A stretch of DNA of 62,820 nt from Acidimicrobiia bacterium (lineage in GTDB: Bacteria; Actinomycetota; Acidimicrobiia; Spongiisociales; JAHEDJ01). The stretch spans positions 1 through 62,820 of the forward strand of contig JARGFH010000018.1 in the NCBI GenBank assembly GCA_029210695.1. Direction: 5' to 3'. The position numbers and the translations under genes are program-made. Positions 30,001-39,147 of this stretch are shown here, piece after piece (position 1 is the first letter of the stretch; each line of letters starts with the position of its first letter). Below the pieces are notes generated by a model. That model saw nothing but the letters and a program-made list of their open reading frames with translations. It ran no database searches and had not been told where the DNA came from.

Positions 30001-30959
30001 CCAGGGCGGCGATTGCGCTCGGCTCCAATCTGGGCGATCGACTCGAGAACCTCGAGTTTGCCGTTGAAGCCCTGGGCTCGCTCGGAGAACTCGTCGGCGT
30101 CTCCGACCTGTATGAGACGGCTCCCGTTGGAGGTCCGGAGCAGGGCGCCTACCTGAACGCAGTCGCGATTCTGGAGACCGGGATGGCGGCTCGGAACCTC
30201 CTCGCCGCATTGCACGACGTCGAACACCTGCGTGGGCGCACGCGGAGTTTCCGGTGGGAGGCCAGGACACTCGACCTCGATCTGCTTCTCTACGGAATGG
30301 AAACCCATTCCGACGAGGCCTGCACCATCCCGCACCCGCGCCTGCTCGAACGCCGATTCGTCATCGAGCCGCTCCTCAACGTATGGCCGGATGCCGTCCT
30401 TCCCGACGGAACCGGGGTTGCGACCTACGCGGCGGCCGTTGAGGATCAGGAGGTGACCGGTCTGGGAGCCTGGTGGTCGCTCGTCCCACCGTCGAAAGGC
30501 TTCCACGGTCGCGGTGGCTGGTGGGTCGTTGCCCAGGTTGTGATGATTCTGGCGGTGGTCCTGGCGCTCGGCGCGGGTGGGCCGTCGCTTCCGGGCGGAG
30601 ACGCACTCAGCCTGGCAGGCATCGCCGTCATTGCCGCAGGGGTGATCGAGTCTGCGCTCGGCTTGTTCCAACTCGGCGAGCGCCTGACGCCCTTTCCGGA
30701 ACCGCTTGATGGAGGCGGGATGGTGCACGGTGGTGTCTACGCAGCCGTCCGGCACCCGATTTACGGTGGAATCGTGGTCGCCTTGGTCGGCGCCGCCTTG
30801 TTCAAGTTGTCGGTTGTCGGCCTCGGGGCGGGAGTGATGGCAGGCGTGTTCTTCTGGTGGAAGGCGAGCAAGGAAGAGGCGCGTCTGCTCAGGCGGTTCC
30901 CGCAGTATGCCGACTATCGGGCCAGGACCAAGGCGCGCTTGATTCCCTGGGTCATCTAG
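29997..30959 (+). CDS. folK: HPPK (FolK) fused to ICMT/PEMT-family membrane methyltransferase
   Basis: N-terminal ALGSNLGDR, YLNAV, RTLDLDLL, IPHPR...RRFV; C-terminal TMs with YAAVRHPIY, EEARL, YADY, LIP. Confidence 0.88.
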   Translation: MTRAAIALGSNLGDRLENLEFAVEALGSLGELVGVSDLYETAPVGGPEQGAYLNAVAILETGMAARNLLAALHDVEHLRGRTRSFRWEARTLDLDLLLYGMETHSDEACTIPHPRLLERRFVIEPLLNVWPDAVLPDGTGVATYAAAVEDQEVTGLGAWWSLVPPSKGFHGRGGWWVVAQVVMILAVVLALGAGGPSLPGGDALSLAGIAVIAAGVIESALGLFQLGERLTPFPEPLDGGGMVHGGVYAAVRHPIYGGIVVALVGAALFKLSVVGLGAGVMAGVFFWWKASKEEARLLRRFPQYADYRARTKARLIPWVI

Positions 30960-32218
30960 CTGGCAGCCGGGTCGTCGTTGGGGCGGGGTTCGGCCAGGCG
31001 GGCGGCCACCAGCGATGTTCTCGGCGGAAGGCTGACGAACTGTTTCTGTCCGGGTCTGGCCTTCGTCATCAGACGGTAGAGCGAGTATGCGGCAACGGGC
31101 GCAAAGAACCCCGAGAGGCTCCACAGGTACCCGACCGGTCCGAGGAGCGTCATCATCAGCGAGGCGGCGATCGGCCCGGCAATCGAACCCACCCCGTATA
31201 CGAATAACACGCCGCCGGCAGTTGCCACCAGTTGATCGTCCGAGACGAGGTCGTTGATATGGCTGACGGCGAGTGAGTACATCGGGAAGGCAAGGCTGCC
31301 GTACAGCAGCGCCACGGCAAAGAGAAGGAGGCTGTCCGGATCGACCGCGGTTCCGGCCCCCGCAACACCGGCGGCGGCCATTGCCACGGCGAAGATCACC
31401 CGTCGGCGTGGGAATCGATCCGATAGGTGGCCGATCGGGTACTGCGTGAGGGTTGCGCCGACGATGGACGCTCCTACGAAGAGCCCTGCCCGACCCGGGT
31501 CCATGCCGATCCGGGTGGCGAAGACCGCTCCCAGCCCGAAGATCGCGCCGTTCGAGGCGCCGACCAGGGCCCCGGCAACGACGCCCAGCGGGGCCGCACG
31601 GAAGAGCGCTCGAATCGAGACCTTGGCGGGCGCTTCGAGCGCGGGTGCCGGCACCTGTGAAAGAGCCAGAGGCACGATGGCCAGCGAGATCAGGATCGAA
31701 GCGGTGATGAAGAGCCCGGGGCCGGATGGATCGGCGACTCCCAGGAGAAGCTGCCCGGACCCGACGGAGGTTGTCACGACCACCATGTACACGGCCAGCA
31801 GGCGGCCGCGAGTTGCGTTGGTGGCTCGTTCGTTGAGCCAGCTCTCGATCGTCACATACAGGCCCGACAGACACACCCCGGTGATGAAGCGCAGCAACGA
31901 CCAGGTGAAAACGCCGACGACCAGGTAGTGGATGAGAGCAACAGACGACGTGAGCGAAGCCAGCCCGGCAAACACCCGGATGTGTCCGACGCTGGCCAGT
32001 CTGGCCGGAATAGTGAGCGAGCCGACGAGAAACCCGGCATAGTAGGACGCCATGACGATGCCGATGGCAGGGGTGGCGAAACCTTCGATATCCGATCGAA
32101 TGCCCAGGAGCGAACCCTGAAGTCCGTTGCCTGCCATCACGAGGGCGGTGCCGAGGAATAGAACCCAGACCGACGCGACAACGGCGCCGGCCCCCTGGTT
32201 CTTAGCTCTTGATGACAC
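30956..32218 (-). CDS. MFS transporter (YcaD-like)
   Basis: GGAGG RBS before GTG 32218; ESWLNE...RGR, GHLSDRFPRR, 12 TMs. Confidence 0.88.
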   Translation of the reverse strand: MSSRAKNQGAGAVVASVWVLFLGTALVMAGNGLQGSLLGIRSDIEGFATPAIGIVMASYYAGFLVGSLTIPARLASVGHIRVFAGLASLTSSVALIHYLVVGVFTWSLLRFITGVCLSGLYVTIESWLNERATNATRGRLLAVYMVVVTTSVGSGQLLLGVADPSGPGLFITASILISLAIVPLALSQVPAPALEAPAKVSIRALFRAAPLGVVAGALVGASNGAIFGLGAVFATRIGMDPGRAGLFVGASIVGATLTQYPIGHLSDRFPRRRVIFAVAMAAAGVAGAGTAVDPDSLLLFAVALLYGSLAFPMYSLAVSHINDLVSDDQLVATAGGVLFVYGVGSIAGPIAASLMMTLLGPVGYLWSLSGFFAPVAAYSLYRLMTKARPGQKQFVSLPPRTSLVAARLAEPRPNDDPAAS

Positions 32219-32351
32219 CGCTTGGCCTCCACTCCATGGTCCGCAGATGCTACCGGTGGAGCAACCACGCCGACCGCCCGCTTTCGACAATTGGCCCACC
32301 TCCAATGGCCGACCGCCACCCGACCAGAAAACCTCCACTACCGTTCCGGGC

Positions 32352-33173
32352 ATGGACAATCCACTGCGCATCGTGATCGTCGGGCTGGGGCGCGCCGGGA
32401 CGTCGGTCGGGCTCGCCGCCCACCGGGCCGGCCACGACATCGTGGGCGTGCTCGGCCGGTCGAACGTCATTCCCGGGGCGGCAACGCTCGAGGCTCCGGT
32501 CCTCGAATGGGGCATCTCGCTGCCTTCGTGTGACCTGATCATCGTGGCAGTTCGCGACGACGCGATCACCGAGGTGGCTACGTTGCTGGTGCCGATAGCC
32601 TCAACCGCGGCCGCATCAGTTCATCTTTCCGGTCTCACCTCCGTTGATGCTCTCGATCCACTCCGGCAGGCCGGGTTGGAGATCGGTGGATTCCATCCGC
32701 TGCAATCGATGCCGAACCCACGTGATGGAGCGGCAGCCCTGGATGGAGCATCAGTTGGGATCACTGCCGACCCGCCCCTTCAGGGTGTGCTCGAGGGTCT
32801 GGCCATCAGCATCGGCGCTCACCCGTTCGAACTCCTGGACGCGCAGCGACCCCTCTATCACGCCGCGGCAGCCGCCGCCGCCAACTACGTGCTCACCGCG
32901 CTCGGGATGGCCGAGCGCTTGTTCGCAGCTGCCGGAGTTCCCTTTGCAGCATGCCGGCCGTTGGTCATCCAGATCGTCAACAATGCCTTCGACCTGGGCC
33001 CCCTCGTCTCGCTGACCGGGCCGATCGCCCGCGGCGATGTCGGCACCGTCGCCTCTCAACTGGCCGCAGTCGAAGCTTTCGATCCGGATCTAGCATCCGA
33101 CTTCAGGGCGCTCGGGCGGGCTACCGCTCGATGGGCCGGCTCAGGCGAAGCAATGCGCGAGGCACTCGGATGA
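32352..33173 (+). CDS. Rossmann-like + DUF2520 protein (PanG-type ketopantoate reductase candidate)
   Basis: GLGRAG, AVRDD, HLSG, FHPLQS, YHAAA, LTGPIARGD; directly upstream of panC. Confidence 0.85.
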   Translation: MDNPLRIVIVGLGRAGTSVGLAAHRAGHDIVGVLGRSNVIPGAATLEAPVLEWGISLPSCDLIIVAVRDDAITEVATLLVPIASTAAASVHLSGLTSVDALDPLRQAGLEIGGFHPLQSMPNPRDGAAALDGASVGITADPPLQGVLEGLAISIGAHPFELLDAQRPLYHAAAAAAANYVLTALGMAERLFAAAGVPFAACRPLVIQIVNNAFDLGPLVSLTGPIARGDVGTVASQLAAVEAFDPDLASDFRALGRATARWAGSGEAMREALG

Positions 33174-34057
33174 AGGTCGTAGGTACGTTTGCCGCCGTGC
33201 GTGACCTGGCGGCCGGCGTTATCGGTCTGGTGCCGACCATGGGCTTCTTACATGAAGGTCACCTGGCGCTCGTCGACACGGCGCGCCGGGAATGTGACAC
33301 GGTGGTGATGAGCCTGTTCGTGAACCCACTCCAATTCGACGAAACGCGCGACCTATCTCGCTATCCACGGGACTCCGGCCGCGATGCCCACCTGGCCGCA
33401 GAGCAAGGCGTCGACGTGTTGTTCGCTCCCGAACTCGAGGAGATGTACCCCCGTCCACAGCTCACCCGCGTCAGAGTGTCCGACGTGACGGAGGGTCTGG
33501 AGGGCCCTTTGCGACCGGGACATTTCGAGGGCGTTGCCACCGTTGTCGCCAAGCTCTTTATCGGCACGGGCGCCGATCGGGCCTACTTCGGAAGGAAGGA
33601 CGCACAGCAGTTGGTCACCGTGACGAGGATGGCGTTCGACCTTTCGATGCCGGTTGAAGTGGTGCCGGTGCCAATCGTCCGTGAGCCGGATGGCCTGGCA
33701 CTCTCCAGTCGCAACGTATTCCTGTCGCCGGAGGAGCGGGATCGGGCATCGGGCATATCCGCCGGACTCATGGCGGCAGCCGGAGCGGCCGAAGACGGAG
33801 AGCGATCTGCGGAAGAACTCGAAACGATGGTTGCCGGCCACCTCGGCGATCTCGAGGTCGACTATGTGACGCTGGCGGATGCCGATTCTGCGCAACCGGT
33901 CCGTCGCCTCGAGCAGGACAGCTTCCTGGCGGTGGCAGCCCGCGTAGGGAACACCCGGTTGATAGACAACGTGTTCTTCCGCGTGACCTCCGCCGGCATC
34001 GAGGCGGATCGAGGGCATCGATTGGAAGGTCCAAGCATTCTGTACGAGGGGAGATAG
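33170..34057 (+). CDS. panC: Pantoate-beta-alanine ligase
   Basis: VPTMGFLHEGH, FVNPLQF, RPGHF, FGRKDAQQ, GLALSSRN, RLIDN. Confidence 0.96.
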   Translation: MKVVGTFAAVRDLAAGVIGLVPTMGFLHEGHLALVDTARRECDTVVMSLFVNPLQFDETRDLSRYPRDSGRDAHLAAEQGVDVLFAPELEEMYPRPQLTRVRVSDVTEGLEGPLRPGHFEGVATVVAKLFIGTGADRAYFGRKDAQQLVTVTRMAFDLSMPVEVVPVPIVREPDGLALSSRNVFLSPEERDRASGISAGLMAAAGAAEDGERSAEELETMVAGHLGDLEVDYVTLADADSAQPVRRLEQDSFLAVAARVGNTRLIDNVFFRVTSAGIEADRGHRLEGPSILYEGR

Positions 34058-34109
34058 CGGCCGGCATTTGGCCACGGGCAGACGGTCGTTCACCGGCGGA
34101 TTCTCCCAC

Positions 34110-34157
34110 TACTGGTACCAGCTGCCGGGTACCGGCTACTCGGTTCCGGGTACCATC
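34110..34157. repeat. TAC-type heptamer array upstream of lysS
   Basis: TACCAGC TGCCGGG TACCGGC TACTCGG TTCCGGG TACCATC; same units as 17674-17736. Confidence 0.75.
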
Positions 34158-34164
34158 CCTTCCC

Positions 34165-35694
34165 ATGACTGACGACCCCACCCACCTCGGAAGTGCCGAA
34201 GTCCCGGACGAGGCCGGCCTCGCTGCGCATCCGATCACGGCGCGCCGTCTCGAGAAGCTCGGCGAGATCCGGGCTGCTGGCGGGGAGCCGTATGCCTACC
34301 GGTTCGAACGCACGGCGCTGGCCGCGGACCTCCATGCTGAATATGGAGAACTGGAACCGGGAGTCGAGACGGGTAAGACCGTGGCGGTGGCGGGTCGCGT
34401 TCTCAATGTCCGCAGCTTCGGCAAGCTCATGTTCCCGGTCGTTCTCGATCGGACCGGTCGAATCCAGCTGTTCGTTGCCAGAGACACGCTCGGGCAAGAG
34501 GAGTTCGATCGGTTCGCCGAGGTCGACGGAGGGGATTGGATCGGAGTCGAGGGCGAGATAATCACGACCAAGAAGGGTGAGCTGAGCATCCGCGTTCGGT
34601 CGTGGACCATGCTCTCGAAGTCGCTTCGCCCGTTGCCTGAGAAGTGGCACGGACTCAAAGACGTGGAGCGCCGCTACCGGCAGCGCTACCTCGATCTCAT
34701 CACCAGTGAGCAGGCCCGTGCTGTCGCACTCACGCGGGTCCAGATCATTGCCGAACTTCGCAAGCAGTTCACCGACCGAGGCTACGTCGAGGTCGAGACC
34801 CCGGTTCTGCAGGCGCAGGCAGGCGGAGCGCTGGCGCGGCCCTTCGCAACTCATCACAACGCCCTCGATGTGGACATGTACCTCCGCATTGCCACCGAGT
34901 TGCATCTCAAACGACTGGTAGTCGGCGGCATCGAACGGGTCTTCGAACTCGGCCGCATCTTTCGCAATGAAGGCGTCGACACCACGCACAACCCGGAGTT
35001 CACGACTTTGGAGGCCTACGAAGCCTTCGCAGACTACGGCGACATCATGGAGCTGATGGAACAAGTGATCGGTGCCGTTGCCGAAGCAGCGACGGGCTCG
35101 AGTCTGATCGAGTACGACGGAAAGCCGATTGACCTCACCCCACCGTACCGGCGCGCAACGCTGCTCGATCTTCTTGCAGAAGCGATCGGGCAACCGGTCG
35201 GGTTCGATTGGTCGTTGGAGCAACTGCGGGAACTGGCTGCCGGTAGGGGAATCACGCCGGAGGGAGGCTGGGGGAAGGGCAAGATCATCGCTGAGCTCTA
35301 TGAACACCTCGTTGAACCGGGTCTCTGGGATCCGGTTTTTGTGATCGACCACCCGAAGGAGACTTCGCCACTGGCCAGGATCCATCGCAACGATCCGAAT
35401 CTCACCGAGCGGTTTGAGCTGTTCGCGGGCGGGATGGAACTCTGCAATGCCTTCTCGGAGCTGATCGATCCCATCGATCAGCGGGACCGATTCGAGCAGC
35501 AGGCCCTGGCCAAAGCAGCCGGTGACGACGAGGCGCATCCGATCGACGAGGACTTTGTTCGTGCCCTGGAATATGGGATGCCTCCCACCGGCGGCCTCGG
35601 TATCGGCGTCGACCGCCTGGTCATGTTGCTCACCGACCAGACGACCATCCGCGAGGTCCTGTTGTTCCCGCACTTGAGGCCGGAGCAGCCCTAG
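34165..35694 (+). CDS. lysS: Lysyl-tRNA synthetase class II
   Basis: OB fold, LPEKWHG, YLRIATEL, FRNEG, HNPEF, YGMPPTGGLGIGVDRL. Confidence 0.97.
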   Translation: MTDDPTHLGSAEVPDEAGLAAHPITARRLEKLGEIRAAGGEPYAYRFERTALAADLHAEYGELEPGVETGKTVAVAGRVLNVRSFGKLMFPVVLDRTGRIQLFVARDTLGQEEFDRFAEVDGGDWIGVEGEIITTKKGELSIRVRSWTMLSKSLRPLPEKWHGLKDVERRYRQRYLDLITSEQARAVALTRVQIIAELRKQFTDRGYVEVETPVLQAQAGGALARPFATHHNALDVDMYLRIATELHLKRLVVGGIERVFELGRIFRNEGVDTTHNPEFTTLEAYEAFADYGDIMELMEQVIGAVAEAATGSSLIEYDGKPIDLTPPYRRATLLDLLAEAIGQPVGFDWSLEQLRELAAGRGITPEGGWGKGKIIAELYEHLVEPGLWDPVFVIDHPKETSPLARIHRNDPNLTERFELFAGGMELCNAFSELIDPIDQRDRFEQQALAKAAGDDEAHPIDEDFVRALEYGMPPTGGLGIGVDRLVMLLTDQTTIREVLLFPHLRPEQP

Positions 35695-35696
35695 CA

Positions 35697-35731
35697 GGCC
35701 TATGGCCTATGGCCCATGGCCTATGACCCAC
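35697..35731. repeat. GGCCTAT-type heptamer array
   Basis: GGCCTAT GGCCTAT GGCCCAT GGCCTAT GACCCAC just after the lysS stop. Confidence 0.8.
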
Positions 35732-35878
35732 AGACGGCAACACCCACTCACGTGACTAGATATGTCGTGCAGCGTGTTGCCTAGTCACTTAAATGGTTAC
35801 CTCGTGAACTATCTTTCGCGTTAAGTCCCGTCTCCGGCCTCCGACTGGCGCTATATGAGCCCAGGGAGGTACTTCGAG

Positions 35879-36769
35879 ATGCGAAAAGGAATGGCGCTGC
35901 TGGCAGGGGTTGCCATAGCCATTGTGACGATCAACCCCGTCCAGGCTTCCTCGATTTCATTCGATCCGGCCGGCGGAAGTGCAGAAGCCGTTGCGGCCGT
36001 GGACAGCGCCATTGGCGTCTTTGAAACATCGTTCTCCGCCAGGGCCTCATGTATCGGCTCGGCGTCAGTCATCTTCGAATCACTGTCGGGCCGCATGGGT
36101 GAGTACCGGACGGCTGAGGCAGTCGTAGCGGTCAACCCGGATCGTGAGGCCGGGACGATGGCGGCCACGGTCTACCACGAACTCGCCCACCACGTAATGC
36201 TCACCTGCCGGGCGCATCGGGATTCCGACTTCATGGCCGCCTTCTATGCGGCACAGGACATTCCCGTCGATCGTGGTTGGTTCGACGGTTCGGCGGGTTG
36301 GAGCGGAATTCCGGCCGAGCAATTCGCCGAGGCGGCCGTCGTCGTTGTGCAAGGAACTGCCGGTGGAGGGATCGCTGTCTCGAGCGAAGCCGTCGATACC
36401 GTGCGGCGCTGGCTGAACGGTCAGCCGATGCCGGTGGCTGCGACGCCGGTGGCTGAAGAGAATGCCGAAAAGCAGGACGCCACCCCCGCACCCGCAGGTG
36501 CATCCGTCACGGTGGCAACCACAACTGAGCCTTCGCCTGCTCCAGCGGCAACTGAAACCGCGGTCGCTCCCGTCGGGGCCGCTCCACTCCCAACGACTAC
36601 AACCGAAGTTCCACAGCCGGCCCCGGTCAAGGCGGCGGCCACACTGGCCTCACCCGCATCGCCGGCGCCCGAGGCCATTCAGGTGGTTGCCGCCGTGCCC
36701 GTAATCGATCGTCCGGCACTTCAAGGGCCGGCCGGCGCCAATCGGGGCGGTTGGATGAGGCCCGAGTAG
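35879..36769 (+). CDS. Secreted HExxH zinc-metallopeptidase-like protein with Pro/Ala/Thr-rich tail
   Basis: GGGAGG RBS; signal peptide ending VQA; YHELAHH plus downstream EQFAE; low-complexity C-terminal third. Confidence 0.7.
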   Translation: MRKGMALLAGVAIAIVTINPVQASSISFDPAGGSAEAVAAVDSAIGVFETSFSARASCIGSASVIFESLSGRMGEYRTAEAVVAVNPDREAGTMAATVYHELAHHVMLTCRAHRDSDFMAAFYAAQDIPVDRGWFDGSAGWSGIPAEQFAEAAVVVVQGTAGGGIAVSSEAVDTVRRWLNGQPMPVAATPVAEENAEKQDATPAPAGASVTVATTTEPSPAPAATETAVAPVGAAPLPTTTTEVPQPAPVKAAATLASPASPAPEAIQVVAAVPVIDRPALQGPAGANRGGWMRPE

Positions 36770-36919
36770 GGCGTCGTGTCACCGGACCTAGCCCCGAGGA
36801 CTCCCCTAGGGAAACGCACCGGTCCGTCCGGCGTGTCCGGATCCGCACCTAGAGGACCGGCGTCGACTACCGGTCTCCCTCGAGTCTGCTCGTGCGGCCG
36901 GCGGCCGGTGCGGCCGGGA

Positions 36920-37501
36920 TCACAGTTCAATGATGAGCGGGCTGCCCGGCGAGGATCTGGTCCGCAGCGCTTCGACTTGTTCGAGAAGGGAACCTGCCCG
37001 ATGAAACGGTCCCGGTTTGATGGAGACCAGCGTGAAGGCCGGATCCGTCGGAACCAGGCTCGCTCGCTCCGACTCCATTTGCAGGATCGCTCGCAGTCGC
37101 TCGAGGAGTACCTGATTTCCCTCGATCTTGAATTCCCGCAACACGGCCGCGAAGGTCGTGTGGTCGACGTGACCGACCCTGTCGACCTTGCGCAAGGCGG
37201 CCTCCAGCACGGCCTCCAGGTGCTGCTGGATGCCCTGGTGACGTTCGGCCGCGCTCGTGCTGATCGCCTGGAGGCCTGGAATCTCGACGGCGAGAATGGC
37301 GAAGGGGTCGTTGCGGCGAGTCAACCAGTCCAGGGCATCCTGGATGGCGTCGATCACGCCGTTGCGGTTGAGCGTTCCTGTGCTCGGGTCGATCGGTGAG
37401 AGCACGTCGAGCGCCAGGCGAAATTGCCGCAGCTCTTCCTCGCGCTCGGCAAGGAGCCCCTCGAGTTCGTTCGGGTCGCGAATCGGCGGCTGTGGTTCCA
37501 T
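36920..37501 (-). CDS. Degenerate GGDEF-domain protein with N-terminal coiled coil and RxxD I-site
   Basis: IDPSTGTLNR wide-turn motif; LRKVD-RVGHV-DHTTF in place of RxxD-x5-GGDEF. Confidence 0.75.
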   Translation of the reverse strand: MEPQPPIRDPNELEGLLAEREEELRQFRLALDVLSPIDPSTGTLNRNGVIDAIQDALDWLTRRNDPFAILAVEIPGLQAISTSAAERHQGIQQHLEAVLEAALRKVDRVGHVDHTTFAAVLREFKIEGNQVLLERLRAILQMESERASLVPTDPAFTLVSIKPGPFHRAGSLLEQVEALRTRSSPGSPLIIEL

Positions 37502-37655
37502 CCGTAATGATGAGGATAGTGGTGACTGGGGGGGCCCGGTCCGCTTATCGGTTGCACGGGACGGCCGACCGGGAAAGACGTGCCGGCCGAGTTGCGCAGA
37601 GTGACCCCGATATGCCGCCGGTTGGGACCAGTAGTCGACGTCCGGTGAGTTGGAT

Positions 37656-38453
37656 ATGAAGGTTCTACGGGAGATCCAGGCCTATTGCACACGGCACGGA
37701 CTCGACGGGCGCATCAATTCGGTAGATGATCTCGATTGGGGGATCGAATCCGATGGAGCAGGGTGGCGGGACGGGTGCACTCGAGCCAACCCGGGGCACA
37801 GCCTCCATGATGAGGTCAGCGGTTGGATACAGGAAGGGAATGATTCGGGAGAGGGACTGGCCTGGATCGAACTCGCCGATCTCCGGCTACGGGTCCTGGT
37901 AGAAGAACTCCAACGGGCGCGGCATCTGGCGACTCGCCTGCAAGGCGTGCTCGACGAGGATCAGCGGACCGCCGCCCGGCAAGAGATCAGCGTTCTAGCC
38001 GAGTCACTTCGAGAGGCGACCACCACGAGCATCGGCGGTGGGCCTGGGTCCCGGTCCGGCGCTGCTTGGGTCTACTGCAGCGGTTCGGGTCGTGTGGTCC
38101 GCAGGACGACGGCCAAAGAGCCGGTCGGCGATGACCTCCCCGATTGTCCCGACCCGGTCCGCCTCCTCGAAGGTCTCATCGATGCGCCGGAAGCCGTCGG
38201 TGCCTTTGAGCGATGCATCGACGAAGTGGGCAGGAGTTTTGCCGGGCTCTCGGATGCCCGCAGGCGTTTGATGGTCAGTCTCTCACGCAGCGTGATCGAG
38301 CAAAGCAAGATCCAATCGCGCTTGCCCGGATTCGACCACGCCTACGCGTCTGCGGTAATCGGTGAACTCCAGACGCAGACGGTCGTCTATCAGGTGACTC
38401 TCGAGGTGCTGTCAAGAGTACTTCAGCCGTCGTTGGTCGATTTTCTCCGCTAG
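37656..38453 (+). CDS. Diverged FlgL/flagellin-family protein
   Basis: GRINSVDD, GLAWIELAD...LQRAR, C-terminal YQVTLEVLSRVLQPSLVDFLR resembling the FlgL terminus. Confidence 0.7.
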   Translation: MKVLREIQAYCTRHGLDGRINSVDDLDWGIESDGAGWRDGCTRANPGHSLHDEVSGWIQEGNDSGEGLAWIELADLRLRVLVEELQRARHLATRLQGVLDEDQRTAARQEISVLAESLREATTTSIGGGPGSRSGAAWVYCSGSGRVVRRTTAKEPVGDDLPDCPDPVRLLEGLIDAPEAVGAFERCIDEVGRSFAGLSDARRRLMVSLSRSVIEQSKIQSRLPGFDHAYASAVIGELQTQTVVYQVTLEVLSRVLQPSLVDFLR

Positions 38454-38556
38454 ACCGGTTTGTGGTACATCGAAAGCGACGGTTCTCGTTGTCGATTACG
38501 GCTTCACCGTGGCGGGATCGGCATGCACGATGAGGGCCCGACCTTTTTCCCGGCTC

Positions 38557-39009
38557 TCACCCATCCAGGGGAGTGCCTGCGAGTCGCTCGATGCCGAGTT
38601 GCGCAGCCTCCAACCGTTCACGGGTTGACTGCTCGAGCGATGGCCTGAGCGAATCGATCTCATTCGTCAGAGCTACGAGTTCATCGAGGCGTTGTCCGAG
38701 AGCCTGTGCGTGATCGGGGTGGCCCCGGCTGATGATCGTGCGTAGGGAGAGGTCGTAGTCGTTTATGTGCCATTCCTCGGCGATTCCCGCAACAATCAGC
38801 GCACGCATCATCTCGGTGGTACCGAGCTGGTCTTCGAGGTTCGAGACCTGCCTGGCCGCGGAAGCCAGAGAGCGATCGGGGTGTGACAGGACCAGTTCAC
38901 CGACTTGGCGGAGTCGGGCCAAGAGGCTTTCGAGGATATCGCGTTCCCTACGCAGGATCTCCAGGAGCGGCTCGACCCCGGGTTGCAGCATGAGCATCAG
39001 TTCGTTCAC
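38557..39009 (-). CDS. flgN: FlgN-like flagellar export chaperone (actinobacterial type)
   Basis: LRRERDILESLL, IAEEW, LSLRTI, LVALTNEI patterns; divergent from a sigma-28 gene; GGAGG RBS. Confidence 0.7.
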   Translation of the reverse strand: MNELMLMLQPGVEPLLEILRRERDILESLLARLRQVGELVLSHPDRSLASAARQVSNLEDQLGTTEMMRALIVAGIAEEWHINDYDLSLRTIISRGHPDHAQALGQRLDELVALTNEIDSLRPSLEQSTRERLEAAQLGIERLAGTPLDG

Positions 39010-39056
39010 CTGAGGCCTCCATCGAATCTAGGCCGGCGCGGTTTCCTGCATTTGGC

Positions 39057-39083
39057 CTGTCGGCGGGCCGGCCGCCTGTTCAA
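39057..39083 (-). promoter_or_regulatory. Candidate sigma-28 promoter of flgN
   Basis: Minus strand TTGA-N15-GCCGACAG (or TGAA-N14). Confidence 0.45.
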
Positions 39084-39147
39084 GCTCCGGAGTAATAGCT
39101 CGCCTTTTCGCCTCGAAATCGGAATGTGACTAAACGCGAATAGCACT

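Noticed and set aside
35736..35788. Interleaved helices GGCAACAC/GTGTTGCC and GTGACTAG/CTAGTCAC as a pseudoknot or riboswitch
   Set aside because: The 3' strands overlap with no connecting loop and no known riboswitch consensus was recognised. The second pair is better explained as a DNA operator shared with 39172-39207.
38557..39009. Helical protein next to the WhiG-like sigma as an RsiG anti-sigma
   Set aside because: No E-x3-S-x2-R-x3-Q-x3-D c-di-GMP motif is visible, and the sequence pattern fits actinobacterial FlgN better.
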